From the NCBI GenBank assembly GCA_963795085.1, contig CAWCFX010000004.1, positions 608,001 to 672,000 of the forward strand: 64,000 nt of DNA. The letters are read 5' to 3'. Below the pieces are notes generated by a model, which worked only from the letters and a program-made list of their open reading frames with translations, did not search any database and had not been told where the DNA came from. Positions 1 through 9,897 of this stretch are shown here, one piece after another. The position numbers and the translations under genes are program-made. The stretch is from an uncultured Gemmatimonadales bacterium (GTDB taxonomy: Bacteria > Gemmatimonadota > Gemmatimonadetes > Gemmatimonadales > GWC2-71-9). Within the stretch, counting starts at the first letter, position 1. The number at the start of each line of letters is the position of its first letter.

Positions 1-438
1 CGCCTCCGGATCACGGTGCCGGCGACCCGGCACTTCGTTGTCCTCGATGACGCGCTGCCGGCGGGACTGGAGGCCATAGACCTTTCCCTGCGCACCGCGG
101 CGCCCCCCGGTATCGGCCTGGTGGAGCCGGAGGCGGGGGGGCCCGATGAAGCCACCGATGGTGAAGCTGGAGGACCGGGATACCGCTGGTCCTACGGCAG
201 CTGGGATTCGGGCTGGTGGTCTCCGTTCGACCACAAGGAACTCCGGGACGACCGGGTGGTCTATTCCGCCACCGTGCTCTGGCCGGGAAGTTACACCGCG
301 ACCTATGTCGCCCGGGCGACGACGCCGGGAGTCTTTCTCCGCCCCCCGGCCCATGCGGAGGAGATGTACAATCCCGGCGTTCATGGCCGAAGCGATGGCG
401 GGATCTTCACGGTGACGGCGCGGGGCGAGCGCCCATGA
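1..438 (+). CDS. Alpha-2-macroglobulin family protein, C-terminal fragment (5' truncated by window)
   Basis: Motifs VVLDDALPAGLE, ELRDDRV, YVARATTPGVFLRPPAHAEEMYNP; ATGA overlap with pbpC, the usual partner. Confidence 0.9.
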   Translation, partial: RLRITVPATRHFVVLDDALPAGLEAIDLSLRTAAPPGIGLVEPEAGGPDEATDGEAGGPGYRWSYGSWDSGWWSPFDHKELRDDRVVYSATVLWPGSYTATYVARATTPGVFLRPPAHAEEMYNPGVHGRSDGGIFTVTARGERP

Positions 439-2678
439 GATCGTCCCTGCGCCTGGTCCTCGGCGCGGCCGCGGCGCTGCTGGTGCCGGCCGCCGCCCTG
501 CTGGCGTATCTCGCCCGGCCGCTGCCCGGGGGCCTGGCGGATCGCCCGGTCACCGGCATCCGGATCGAAGACCGGAACGGGCTCCTGCTGCGGAGCACCC
601 GGGCCGGCGAGGGCAGCCGTCAGTCCTGGGCGCCGCTGGCCGAAATCGATCCCGATGTCATTGCCGCATTCCTCGCGGTGGAGGACCGCCGGTTCTACCG
701 GCACCGGGGCGTCGATGGGAGAGCCCTGGCCCGCGCGGCGCGCGACAACCTGGGCGGCGGCACCGGGCTTTCCGGTGGTTCGACCATCACGATGCAGCTG
801 GCCCGGATCTACTTCGGCACGCCGCGTACCCTGCCCGGAAAGGTTGTCCAGGTGCTGCAGGCGAGGCGACTGGAATGGCACCTGGACAAGCAGACCATCC
901 TGGAGCAGTACCTGAACCGGGTACCGCTGGGCCAGGGCGCCGTCGGTGTCCCTGCCGCGGCGGCGCTCTACTTCAACCGCGGCTCCGCCGACCTGAGCCT
1001 GGGCGAGTCGGCGCTGCTGGCCGCGCTGGCGCGAGGACCGTCCAGCAACAATCCAATCGTCTCTCCGTCCCGGGCCGAGGGCCGGCGGCAGGCAGGCCTG
1101 CGACGGCTGGTGGCCGCCGGGTATGCCACCGAGGCGCAGGCCGCGCTGGCTTCCCAGGAACCGATCCTGGCCCGAGGCAGGCCCCACGCGTTCCTGGCTC
1201 CCCATTTTACCAGCCGTATCCTGCAGGAAGATCCGCCCGGGGCGGGCGAGTCGGTGCGGCGGACCACGCTGGACCTGCCGCTCCAGAGGGCGGTGGAGGC
1301 CGAGGTCCGGCACACGGTGGATCTGCTGGGAAGCTCGGGGGCCCGCCATGCGGCGGTGATCGTGCTGGAGAACCAGACCGGGGAGATTCTCGCGTGGGTC
1401 GGCTCTCCCGATTTCTGGTCCGACACCTCCGGCCAGGTGGACATGGTGGTCTCGGCCCGGCAGCCGGGCTCCGCCCTCAAGCCCTTCCTGTATGGTCTCG
1501 CCTTTGACCATGGCTACACGCCCGCCTCGGTGCTGCCCGATGTGGCCCGGTCGTACGCCACGTCGCTGGGCCCCTACCGTCCGCGGAACTACGACCGGCG
1601 CTTTCATGGCCCGGTGCGAAGCCGCGAGGCGCTGGCCAGTTCCTACAATGTCCCGGCGGTTGAACTCACTTCGCGGCTGGGTGCGGGCGCCCTGCTCGGC
1701 GTACTGCACGACGCCGGGTTTGCCAGCCTGACCCGGTCCCCCGGGCACTACGGGCTGGGCCTGGCGCTGGGCAACGGCGACGTCACCCTCTTCGAGTTGG
1801 CCAATGCGTACCGCGCGCTGGCTAATCGGGGTGCCTGGTCCCCCGCAACCTGGAGAGCGGGACATCGTCCGGCGGCCACCCGGGTGACCAGGCGGGTCAT
1901 GACGGCGGCGTCGGCGGCCCTGGTGCTGGACATCCTGTCCGATGCGGAGGCCCGAACCCCCGGCTTCGGGATCTCCACCCCGTTCGATTTCCCGTTCCCG
2001 GTCGCGGCCAAGACGGGCACCAGCCGTCACTTTACCGATAACTGGGCGGTGGCGGTGGCAGGCAACTTCACCGTTGCCACGTGGGTCGGCGATTTCAGCG
2101 GGAGGCCCATGGCTGGCATCAGCGGCATCACCGGAGCAGGGCCTCTCCTGCACCGCGTGGTCATGACCACGGCGACGCGCCACCCGGCGGGCTCGCTTCC
2201 CACACCCGGTGAGACAGGCGCGGTGAGGGCATCCGTCTGCGTTCTCTCCGGCGAACGGGCCGGGCCGGGATGTCCCACCTATTCCGAGTGGTTTGCGCCG
2301 GGCACCGAACCGGCCGGAGTCTGCCGCTGGCATCGGCCGGAAGGCCTGGTATTGCCGGCTGAGTACCAGGAGTGGGCCGGGCAGGCGGGGCCGCGACTGG
2401 CCTCGGTCGCCCGGGTCGAAGACAGCGCGGGGGAAGGGTTTCGTATTACGGCGCCCCGGCCGGGAGACCGCTACAGCGTGCCGCCCGGCGTGGAGCAGCG
2501 CTACGCGACACTGGCCTTCCGTTCGACCGGGTCCAGGCGCAAGGTGACGTGGATGGTGGACGGCGTGCCGGTTCCGGGCGGGCGGTGGCCGCTCCAGCCG
2601 GGACCCCACACGGTCAAGGCGATCACTCGGAACGGAGAAGCAGATTCCGTCCAGTTCGAGGTCATGGGTGTCCGATGA
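435..2678 (+). CDS. pbpC: Penicillin-binding protein 1C
   Basis: Transglycosylase EDRRF and GGSTITMQ; transpeptidase GSALKP, SYN and KTGT; N-terminal TM; start ATG 435 overlaps the A2M stop. Confidence 0.93.
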   Translation: MRSSLRLVLGAAAALLVPAAALLAYLARPLPGGLADRPVTGIRIEDRNGLLLRSTRAGEGSRQSWAPLAEIDPDVIAAFLAVEDRRFYRHRGVDGRALARAARDNLGGGTGLSGGSTITMQLARIYFGTPRTLPGKVVQVLQARRLEWHLDKQTILEQYLNRVPLGQGAVGVPAAAALYFNRGSADLSLGESALLAALARGPSSNNPIVSPSRAEGRRQAGLRRLVAAGYATEAQAALASQEPILARGRPHAFLAPHFTSRILQEDPPGAGESVRRTTLDLPLQRAVEAEVRHTVDLLGSSGARHAAVIVLENQTGEILAWVGSPDFWSDTSGQVDMVVSARQPGSALKPFLYGLAFDHGYTPASVLPDVARSYATSLGPYRPRNYDRRFHGPVRSREALASSYNVPAVELTSRLGAGALLGVLHDAGFASLTRSPGHYGLGLALGNGDVTLFELANAYRALANRGAWSPATWRAGHRPAATRVTRRVMTAASAALVLDILSDAEARTPGFGISTPFDFPFPVAAKTGTSRHFTDNWAVAVAGNFTVATWVGDFSGRPMAGISGITGAGPLLHRVVMTTATRHPAGSLPTPGETGAVRASVCVLSGERAGPGCPTYSEWFAPGTEPAGVCRWHRPEGLVLPAEYQEWAGQAGPRLASVARVEDSAGEGFRITAPRPGDRYSVPPGVEQRYATLAFRSTGSRRKVTWMVDGVPVPGGRWPLQPGPHTVKAITRNGEADSVQFEVMGVR

Positions 2679-3637
2679 CGATCGCCACGGCGGGTATCCA
2701 TCACATCAGCTCCATCGCGGGCGATGCCCAGCGCAACCTGTCATTTTACAGCGGTGTGCTGGGACTCCGGTTGGTGAAGGTAACGGTGAACTTTGACGAT
2801 CCCGGGTCATACCATTTCTACTATGGCGACCAGACCGGACAGCCGGGGACGTTGCTGACCTTCTTTCCCTGGGGCAGGAAGGCCGCGGGAGGCCGGGTCG
2901 GCACCGGGCAGGCGGCCGCCATCGCCCTGTCCATTGCGCCGGCTGCCATGGCTTTCTGGATCGGTCGGCTCATCGAAAAGGGGATCCCATTCGAGGGACC
3001 CCGGGGCCGGCTGGGGAACCAGGTGCTTTCATTCAAGGACCCTGACGGCAACCCGCTGGAACTGGTCGGCCATGCCACCGCACTGGTGCGGCCCGGGAGG
3101 GAGATCGATGCGATTCCGGCGGACGCTTCTATCCGGGGCATTCATGGCGTCACCCTGCTGGTGTCCGACCTGGACGCGACAGCCCGGGTCCTGACCGAAG
3201 TGCTGGGGCTGGTGCCGAAGGAAACCGGGGACAGCCGGTACCGATTCGAGAGCGCCGGCGAGCTGGCCAGCATCGTGGATGTGCGGGTGGTCACCGGATT
3301 CTGGAGTGCCGCGATGGGCGTGGGTTCGATCCACCACGTGGCGTTCCGCTCGGCTGATCCGGAGAGCCAGTCGGCCACCCGGGCTCGCGCCATGGCGGCG
3401 GGCCTGGAGGCGACGGCGGTGCAGGACCGCCACTATTTTCAATCGGTGTACTTCCGGGAGCCCGGTGGAGTCCTGTTCGAATCGGCTACCGAGGAACCGG
3501 GGTTCCTGGTGGACGAGTCAGCGGATCAGCTGGGCCATTCGATCCAGCTCCCGCCCTGGCTGGAACCGCAGCGAGCCGCGGTCGAAGGCCGGCTTCCACC
3601 TCTGGTGCTCCCGCACCAGGATTCCTTCCCCTCGTGA
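2675..3637 (+). CDS. Ring-cleaving dioxygenase (VOC/glyoxalase, MhqO-like)
   Basis: GIHHI, VNFDDPGSYHFYYGD, IHHVAF, DRHYFQSVYFREPGGVLFE. Confidence 0.9.
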   Translation: MTIATAGIHHISSIAGDAQRNLSFYSGVLGLRLVKVTVNFDDPGSYHFYYGDQTGQPGTLLTFFPWGRKAAGGRVGTGQAAAIALSIAPAAMAFWIGRLIEKGIPFEGPRGRLGNQVLSFKDPDGNPLELVGHATALVRPGREIDAIPADASIRGIHGVTLLVSDLDATARVLTEVLGLVPKETGDSRYRFESAGELASIVDVRVVTGFWSAAMGVGSIHHVAFRSADPESQSATRARAMAAGLEATAVQDRHYFQSVYFREPGGVLFESATEEPGFLVDESADQLGHSIQLPPWLEPQRAAVEGRLPPLVLPHQDSFPS

Positions 3638-3649
3638 GGTGATGACCGC

Positions 3650-4291
3650 ATGGCATGTCGCTGGACCCTGCCTCTCCTCGGCATTGCCCTTTTCGCCCGT
3701 TCGGCACCAGCGCAGGTCACGATGGAGGCGTTCACGGGGACCGCGTTCAATCTCCACACCCGGCTTTCAATCAGCCAGGCCGGCCAGCCCGACATCGGCT
3801 TCACCGCCCGGTACGAGACCAAGCCGATGGAGGATACGCCGTATTTCGGGGCCCGTGTTTCCGTCTGGAAGAACGACCGGGCCTGGGTCGCTACTTTCGT
3901 CCACCACAAGCTCTACCTCGCGAATCCGCCCCGGGAGGTCCAGTGGTTTCGGATCACCTATGGCTTCAACATCGCGACCCTGGGCCTGGCCTGGCGGCAC
4001 GGGAATTTCATTTACGGCGTGGGGGCCGGTGCCGTCATTACCCACGCGTCCAATTCGGTGCGCGGAAAGCGCTACCTCGGCACCGGAGGCCCGTTGAACA
4101 AGGGCTACACCTTCTCCGGCGTGTCCGCGCTGGGAAGCTTCCAGTACAAGCTGCCGGTGTCCAGGGTCTTCTCCCTGTCGGCGGAGACCATGGCGTCGGC
4201 GTCGTACATCGAGGTCAGCGTCAAGGATGGCCAAGCCCGAGTGCCCGCAGCGGCGCTGCACCTGCATGCGGGGTTCGGGTACGAGTTCTAA
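3650..4291 (+). CDS. Hypothetical exported beta-barrel-like protein
   Basis: Signal peptide, alternating beta-strand pattern, C-terminal GFGYEF; SD GAGGTG upstream. Confidence 0.65.
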   Translation: MACRWTLPLLGIALFARSAPAQVTMEAFTGTAFNLHTRLSISQAGQPDIGFTARYETKPMEDTPYFGARVSVWKNDRAWVATFVHHKLYLANPPREVQWFRITYGFNIATLGLAWRHGNFIYGVGAGAVITHASNSVRGKRYLGTGGPLNKGYTFSGVSALGSFQYKLPVSRVFSLSAETMASASYIEVSVKDGQARVPAAALHLHAGFGYEF

Positions 4292-4338
4292 AAGAGGGCA
4301 AGAGGGCAAGAGGGCAAGGGGGCAAGGGGCAAGGGGGC
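4292..4338 (+). repeat. Tandem octamer repeat AAG(A/G)GGGC, about 6 units
   Basis: Read directly; begins on the base after the stop codon at 4291. Confidence 0.9.
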
Positions 4339-4352
4339 CGGAGGAGAGTGGG

Positions 4353-5318
4353 TCAGTCTCCCGCGCTGAGCATGCCGTCCATCTGGGACCGGAGCCGGAG
4401 GGCCAGCCGCTCGCTCTCGGCGAACTGCTTGCCGGCGTTCTCAAGGTGGGTGCCGACCTTTTCGTAGCTGGACCAGAACCGGGAAAGATGCTCCGCCAGC
4501 TGGCCCAGTTCGTCCTGCAGCCGGCGGGCGTGCTCCTCCACACGAAGTCCTTTGAGGCCATGGAGGACCGCGGACAGGTAGGCATAAAACGTGTGGGGCG
4601 AAACCGGAATGACCCGCCGGGACATGGCGTAGGCCAGGAGCGAGTTCCCGTCCAGCTGTTCGCCCCGGACGATGGCCTCGTAGTAGACATTCTCCGCCGG
4701 GATGTACATCAGGGCAAAATCGAAGGTGCCGTCGCCGGGACAGATATATCGCTCGGCGATCTCGTCGATTCGCTCCCGAAGCGACTTCCGAAAGGCCCGG
4801 CGTTCCCGCTCCGCCGCCGCGGGTTCGGCTGCCAGCATGCGTTGGCACGCCTCGAGCGGAAACTTGGCGTCAATGGCCAGGAGCCGCTCGCCGATCCGGA
4901 TCACCGCGTCCACCCGTACGCCGGATCCCAGGGAATACTGCATTTCGTAGAGACCTTCGGGAAATACCTGCCGCAGCAGTTCCTCCAGCCAGATCTCCCC
5001 GATGGTACCCCGGAGCCGGGGCACCCGCAGCAGTTCCTGCACTTCCCGCACCGACTGCCCCATCGCTTCTACCCGGGCCGTGGCCTCGGCCAGGTGCCCC
5101 AGCCGCTCCCGCAGATCGGCCACTACCTGGCCGGTGGCATCCAGCCGCTGCCCCAGCGTGGTCTGGGTGGCCTCCAGCTGCCGCGTCACCAGGGTGGAAA
5201 GGGTGGCGACCTGCTCGGACATCTGCCGGTCCATCGGCGCCGGCCGCCGCCGGAGCAGCAGGGCCAGCAGCAGCACCGCGATCGTGCCGAGCAGGAGGGT
5301 GTCGAGATCAGGGGTCAT
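4353..5318 (-). CDS. rmuC: DNA recombination protein RmuC
   Basis: N-terminal TM and coiled coil, RGTIGEIWLEELL, IDAKFPL, FDFALMYIPAENVY, VSPHT. Confidence 0.92.
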   Translation of the reverse strand: MTPDLDTLLLGTIAVLLLALLLRRRPAPMDRQMSEQVATLSTLVTRQLEATQTTLGQRLDATGQVVADLRERLGHLAEATARVEAMGQSVREVQELLRVPRLRGTIGEIWLEELLRQVFPEGLYEMQYSLGSGVRVDAVIRIGERLLAIDAKFPLEACQRMLAAEPAAAERERRAFRKSLRERIDEIAERYICPGDGTFDFALMYIPAENVYYEAIVRGEQLDGNSLLAYAMSRRVIPVSPHTFYAYLSAVLHGLKGLRVEEHARRLQDELGQLAEHLSRFWSSYEKVGTHLENAGKQFAESERLALRLRSQMDGMLSAGD

Positions 5319-5323
5319 GGGTG

Positions 5324-5351
5324 AAGGGGGCAAAGGGGGCAAAGGGTCGGG
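5324..5351 (+). repeat. Degenerate AAAGGGGGC repeat, about 3 units
   Basis: Same family as 4292-4338; lies just upstream of the rmuC start. Confidence 0.6.
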
Positions 5352-5405
5352 CTCAAAGGCTGGAGCAAATCTAGCTGGAGGGGTCACCACCCGGGCCGGC
5401 GCCAA

Positions 5406-5434
5406 TTGACAGCGGGCTCCCTGCGTTGCATGTT
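5406..5434 (+). promoter_or_regulatory. Sigma70-type promoter of the arg operon
   Basis: TTGACA 5406-5411, 17 bp spacer, CATGTT 5429-5434. Confidence 0.65.
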
Positions 5435-5451
5435 TATGCATTATGCATAAA
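5427..5451. promoter_or_regulatory. ARG box (ArgR operator)
   Basis: TGCAT-GTTT-ATGCA at 5427-5440 plus perfect palindrome TTTATGCAT-T-ATGCATAAA at 5433-5451; overlaps the -10 and the argG start; argR is in the operon. Confidence 0.8.
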
Positions 5452-6639
5452 CAGCCCATCGTCCTGGCCTTCAGCGGCGGACTCGATACCTCCTACTGTG
5501 TGCCCCGGCTGGCCGAGCAGGGGCACCCGGTGCACACCGTGTTCGTGGATACCGGAGGAAGCACCCGGGAAGAGAAGGACCGAATCCACCGGCAGGCGCT
5601 CGCGGTGGGCGCCGTCGCCCACCACGAGGTGGATGCCCGCGCCGAGGTGTACCAGCGGTTCGTGCGGTTCCTGATCCAGGGCAATGTGCTCCGGGGGGAG
5701 GTGTACCCGCTGAGCGTGGCGGCAGAGCGCACCCAGCAGGCCATGTCGGTCATCGCCAAGGCACGGGAGCTGGGGGCGGCGGCGGTGGCGCACGGTTCCA
5801 CCGGCGCCGGCAACGACCAGGTCCGGTTCGATATCGCGTTCCGGGTGCTGGCGCCGGACCTCGCCATCATCACACCCATCCGGGACGAGTCGGTCACCCG
5901 GGACGCCTCGATTCGCTACCTGCAGGAGCGCAGGCTGCCGGTGCCGGAGAAAGCCGGAGCCTACTCGGTAAACCGGGGCGGGTGGGGCACCACCTGGGGC
6001 GGTGGCTGGACCCATGACCCCTGGGCCGGTCCGCCCGAGGACCTCCTTCACCCGCCGGCCGATGCGCCCGAAGCCCGGGAGATCGTGGTCGGCTGGGAAG
6101 CCGGGTTGCCCATCTCGCTCGACGGCCGCCAGAAAGCAGGGCCCGACCTGGTCGAAACCCTGGGCGACCTGTCCCACCGCTATGGCCTGGGCCGAAACAT
6201 TCATGTCGGTGAGACTGCCATGGGTATCAAGGGCCGAATCGGGTTTGAGGCCGGGGCCGCGTTGCTTCTGATCGCGGCCCACCGGGAGCTGGAGAAGCTG
6301 GTGCTCACCAAGTGGCAGACGTTCTGGAAGGACCAGCTGGGCCGTTTCTACGGCGACCGGCTCCACGAGGGGCAGTATTTCGATCCGAGCCTCCGGGACA
6401 TCGAGGCCCTGATCACCAGTTCTCAGCGCCGCGTCGCCGGCGAGACCCGGGTGTTGCTGGCGCCGGGACGGTTCCAGGTGGTGGGCACCCGGAGCCCGTT
6501 CTCCCTGATGGATCCCGCCGTGGCCACCTACGGGGAAGAGGCCCGGCTCTGGTCCGGCGACGAGGCGCGTGCCTTTGCCCGGGTCGCATCCATTCCTTCC
6601 CTGCTCGCGGCTCGGGCCGGCCAGGAGAACGGCCGATGA
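5443..6639 (+). CDS. argG: Argininosuccinate synthase
   Basis: VLAFSGGLDTS, AHGSTGAGNDQVRF, GIKGRIGFE. Confidence 0.97.
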   Translation: MHKQPIVLAFSGGLDTSYCVPRLAEQGHPVHTVFVDTGGSTREEKDRIHRQALAVGAVAHHEVDARAEVYQRFVRFLIQGNVLRGEVYPLSVAAERTQQAMSVIAKARELGAAAVAHGSTGAGNDQVRFDIAFRVLAPDLAIITPIRDESVTRDASIRYLQERRLPVPEKAGAYSVNRGGWGTTWGGGWTHDPWAGPPEDLLHPPADAPEAREIVVGWEAGLPISLDGRQKAGPDLVETLGDLSHRYGLGRNIHVGETAMGIKGRIGFEAGAALLLIAAHRELEKLVLTKWQTFWKDQLGRFYGDRLHEGQYFDPSLRDIEALITSSQRRVAGETRVLLAPGRFQVVGTRSPFSLMDPAVATYGEEARLWSGDEARAFARVASIPSLLAARAGQENGR

Positions 6640-7700
6640 TGACCACCCGGGTTCGGCTTGACCGGATTGCCTCCTCCACCCGGAACGCCAACCTGGCCTC
6701 CGAGGTGATGGTCGGTCCCGAGATCGTCTCCGAAGAGGGTTACCTGCTCGCGGTGCGGATACTCGCGGACAAGTCTTCCTACAACTCGGTGGAGGATCTC
6801 TCGGGGCGGATGGTCTCCCTCCGCGGGGGCGATGTGCTGGCCGGAACCCTGGGCAGCCGCCGCGCCCTTCGGGGATACGCCGGCATCGTGCCGGAGCGCC
6901 TGGTCCCCGGCGAAACGATCGAGGTGCTGAACCTCGGCGGCATCCTGGGACGCTGCACGTCGATCAATCCCGACATCGGCCCGCCGTTCCAGGCCGAGGT
7001 GCTGGGTGCCATACTCACCTTTCCCGCGCTGGGCGACCGGGTCGGCCGCCCGGCCCACATCCGCGAGCACTCGATCCCGCCGGCCGACCGGCTCGATGCC
7101 GCGATCCCGGTGGTGTATGTCGCCGGGACCTGCATGAACGCGGGGAAGACCGTCGCCGCCACCGAGCTGGTCCGGGGGATGACCCGGTCGGGCCTGCGGG
7201 TGGCGGCCGCCAAGCTCACCGGGGTCTCGTTGATGCGGGACGCCCTGGCGATGACCGATGCCGGCGCGATTACCGCCGCCACTTTCAACGACGCTGGCAT
7301 CGCCACCACCCGCGCCGGCATGACGGTGCCGGTGGCCCGCGGCATCTTCAACCGGCTGGCCACCAGCAAGCCTGACGTGATTGTCGCCGAACTGGGCGAC
7401 GGCATCCTCGGCGAGTACGGGGTCCAGGACATCCTGCGCGACCCGTCGCTCACCGGGGTGGGCGCCGCCTATGTCATGGCCGCGCCCGATCCGGTGGGAT
7501 GCTGGGGCGCCGCCCAGCTGATGACGCATAGCTTCCACCTGCCGATCACCGTGTTCACCGGTCCCGCCACCGATAACGAAGTGGGGCGGGACTACATCCG
7601 GAACGCGCTCGAGCTTCCCGCCCACAATGCCCTGCGGGACAGCGGGGGACTGACCCAGGTCGTGCTTGCCGCCCTCGCCTCGAACCTGGTGACCGCGTGA
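6636..7700 (+). CDS. DUF1611-like P-loop protein of unknown function in the arg operon
   Basis: VAGTCMNAGKT P-loop, AAKLTG, DAGA, DVIVAELGDG; overlaps argG stop and argC start. Confidence 0.75.
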   Translation: MMTTRVRLDRIASSTRNANLASEVMVGPEIVSEEGYLLAVRILADKSSYNSVEDLSGRMVSLRGGDVLAGTLGSRRALRGYAGIVPERLVPGETIEVLNLGGILGRCTSINPDIGPPFQAEVLGAILTFPALGDRVGRPAHIREHSIPPADRLDAAIPVVYVAGTCMNAGKTVAATELVRGMTRSGLRVAAAKLTGVSLMRDALAMTDAGAITAATFNDAGIATTRAGMTVPVARGIFNRLATSKPDVIVAELGDGILGEYGVQDILRDPSLTGVGAAYVMAAPDPVGCWGAAQLMTHSFHLPITVFTGPATDNEVGRDYIRNALELPAHNALRDSGGLTQVVLAALASNLVTA

Positions 7701-8725
7701 AAGCCGTCGTCATCGGAGCCGCCGGATATGTCGGCGGCGAGTTGCTGCGGCTCCTGCTGCAGCACCCGGAGGTGACCATTTGTTCGGCAGTAAGCCGGAG
7801 CCAGGCCGGCAAGGCGCTGGGCGAGATTCATCCCGGGCTGCTGGGCCTGACCGACAGCGTCTTCAGCGGGGCGAGCCCCGCCGAGGCGGCCCGGGAAGCC
7901 GATGTGGTCTTCCTGTCCCTCGAGCACGGCGAGAGTTCCCGGATCGCGGCGGAACTCTTTGCCAACCCTCCCGCGCTGGTGGTGGACCTGGCGGCGGATT
8001 TCCGGGTGCCCCAGGTGCCGCTCTACGAGCGGTACTACGGCGCTCACCCTTCGCCCGACTTGCTGTCCCGATTTCAGTACGGCCTCGCCGATGTGCGGGG
8101 GACCGAACTGCGGGGCGCCCGGGCGATCGCGGTCCCCGGCTGTTTCGCGACCGCCGCCCAGCTGGCGCTCTACCCGCTGGCCGGCATCGTGGACGACGGG
8201 CCGGCCCTCTTCGCGATTACCGGCTCGAGTGGGAGCGGGGTGCATCCCCGGGCGACCACCCATCACCCGGCGCGCGCCAATAATGTATTCGCCTACTCTG
8301 TGCTCTCTCACCGGCACGAGGCCGAAATCCTGGGCCAGTGGCGGGCCTGGACCGGCCGGGAAGATGCGTCGGTCCGCCTGATGACCCATTCGGGCCCCTT
8401 CGTCCGGGGGATCTATCTCACCCTTCGGGCGACTCGGCGGGCGGGCGGGTCCGCGCAGGAGCCCGCCGCCTGTTTCGAACGCACCTACGCCGGGCGGCCC
8501 TTCGTGCGGCTGCTTTCCCAGCCACCGGAGCTGACCCATGCTGTCGGCGGCAACAGCGCGCTTATCCACGTGGCCGCCGATGCGGCCGGCGCCGACATCC
8601 AGGTGTCGGTGGCCATTGATAACCTCATCAAAGGCGCCGGGGGCCAGGGGGTGCAGGCCATGAACCTGGCGCTGGGCTTGTCCGAGACGGCCGGGCTGCC
8701 GGCCGGGGGAATGTTCCCATGCTGA
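7697..8725 (+). CDS. argC: N-acyl-gamma-glutamyl-phosphate reductase
   Basis: GAAGYVGGE, VDLAADFR, PGCFAT, IDNLIKGAGGQ. Confidence 0.96.
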   Translation: MKAVVIGAAGYVGGELLRLLLQHPEVTICSAVSRSQAGKALGEIHPGLLGLTDSVFSGASPAEAAREADVVFLSLEHGESSRIAAELFANPPALVVDLAADFRVPQVPLYERYYGAHPSPDLLSRFQYGLADVRGTELRGARAIAVPGCFATAAQLALYPLAGIVDDGPALFAITGSSGSGVHPRATTHHPARANNVFAYSVLSHRHEAEILGQWRAWTGREDASVRLMTHSGPFVRGIYLTLRATRRAGGSAQEPAACFERTYAGRPFVRLLSQPPELTHAVGGNSALIHVAADAAGADIQVSVAIDNLIKGAGGQGVQAMNLALGLSETAGLPAGGMFPC

Positions 8726-9897
8726 CGACGCCCGGAGCCCAGGTGGCCCCACGGCGCGGCGCCGCGCTGCTTCCGGTGTACGCGCCGATGCCGCTTCGGG
8801 CCCGGTCCGGCCATGGGTCCTGGCTGGTGGACGAGGACGGTAACCGGTGGCTCGATGCCTATGGCGGCCATGCCGTGTCCTCTACCGGGCACTGTCATCC
8901 CCGGGTGGTCCAGGCCATCGCCGACCAGGCCGCGACCCTGCTGTTCTATTCGACCGCGGTGCCTCACGCTGCGCGGGAGGAGTTTGCCGACCGGCTGGCC
9001 GCCCTCTGTCCTCCGCAGCTGGACCGGGTTTTCCTGTGCAACTCGGGCGCGGAGGCGAACGAGAATGCCCTGCATTTGGCCCGGCGTTTCACCGGCCGCC
9101 AGCAGGTGGTGACCCTGGAGGGCGGCTGGCACGGCCGGACCGCGGCGACCCTGGCCTGTTGTGACGGCGCCCGATACGAGGCTGGCGCCCGCCGGGCCGG
9201 AATGCCCCTTTCCCGCCGCGCGGCGTTCAACGACCTGGACAGTCTCGCCCAGGTTCTCGACGATTCGGCTGCGGCGTTGCTGCTGGAGCCGGTGCAGGGC
9301 ATGGCCGGGGCCCGCGATTGTACCAGGGAGTTTCTCCAGGGCGCCCGCCGGCTCTGCGATGAGCGCCGGGTGGTGCTGATCTTTGACGAGATCCAGTGTG
9401 GCGCCGGCCGGAGCGGCCATTTCACCGCGGCCGAAGCGTTCGGGGTCACGCCGGACATTGTCACCATGGCCAAGGGTCTCGCGTCGGGCCTGCCGATCGG
9501 CGCGGTGGTCGCGTCCCGGCGGGTGACCGACGATCTCAAAGTGGGCGACCTCGGGAGTACCTTCGGCGGCGGACCGGTCCCCTGCGCGGCCGGCATCGCT
9601 ACCCTGGATGTGATCCGGGACGAAGCGCTGCTCCACAACGTCCAGGCGGTCGAGCGGCGGATCCGGGAGGGTGCCCTCCGCTTGGGGATTCCGGTGCAGG
9701 GGAAGGGGTTGTTGCTCGGGCTCCGGCTGGGCCGGCCCGCCACACCGGTCCAGCAATCCCTGTTCGAGCGTCGGATACTCACGGGGACTTCTTCCGATCC
9801 CGAAGTGCTCCGCCTGCTGCCGCCGCTGACTTTTTCCGAGGCCGAGGCCGGCCTGCTGCTGGATAACCTCGCCGCTTCCCTGGAGGCGCGGCCATGA
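8719..9897 (+). CDS. argD: Acylornithine aminotransferase (class III PLP)
   Basis: NSGAEANE, WHGRT, EPVQG, DEIQCG, MAKGL, GSTFGG. Confidence 0.93.
   Translation: MLTTPGAQVAPRRGAALLPVYAPMPLRARSGHGSWLVDEDGNRWLDAYGGHAVSSTGHCHPRVVQAIADQAATLLFYSTAVPHAAREEFADRLAALCPPQLDRVFLCNSGAEANENALHLARRFTGRQQVVTLEGGWHGRTAATLACCDGARYEAGARRAGMPLSRRAAFNDLDSLAQVLDDSAAALLLEPVQGMAGARDCTREFLQGARRLCDERRVVLIFDEIQCGAGRSGHFTAAEAFGVTPDIVTMAKGLASGLPIGAVVASRRVTDDLKVGDLGSTFGGGPVPCAAGIATLDVIRDEALLHNVQAVERRIREGALRLGIPVQGKGLLLGLRLGRPATPVQQSLFERRILTGTSSDPEVLRLLPPLTFSEAEAGLLLDNLAASLEARP

Noticed and set aside
1..2678. Alpha-2-macroglobulin and pbpC pair as a novel system
   Set aside because: Well-known conserved pair (yfhM-pbpC)
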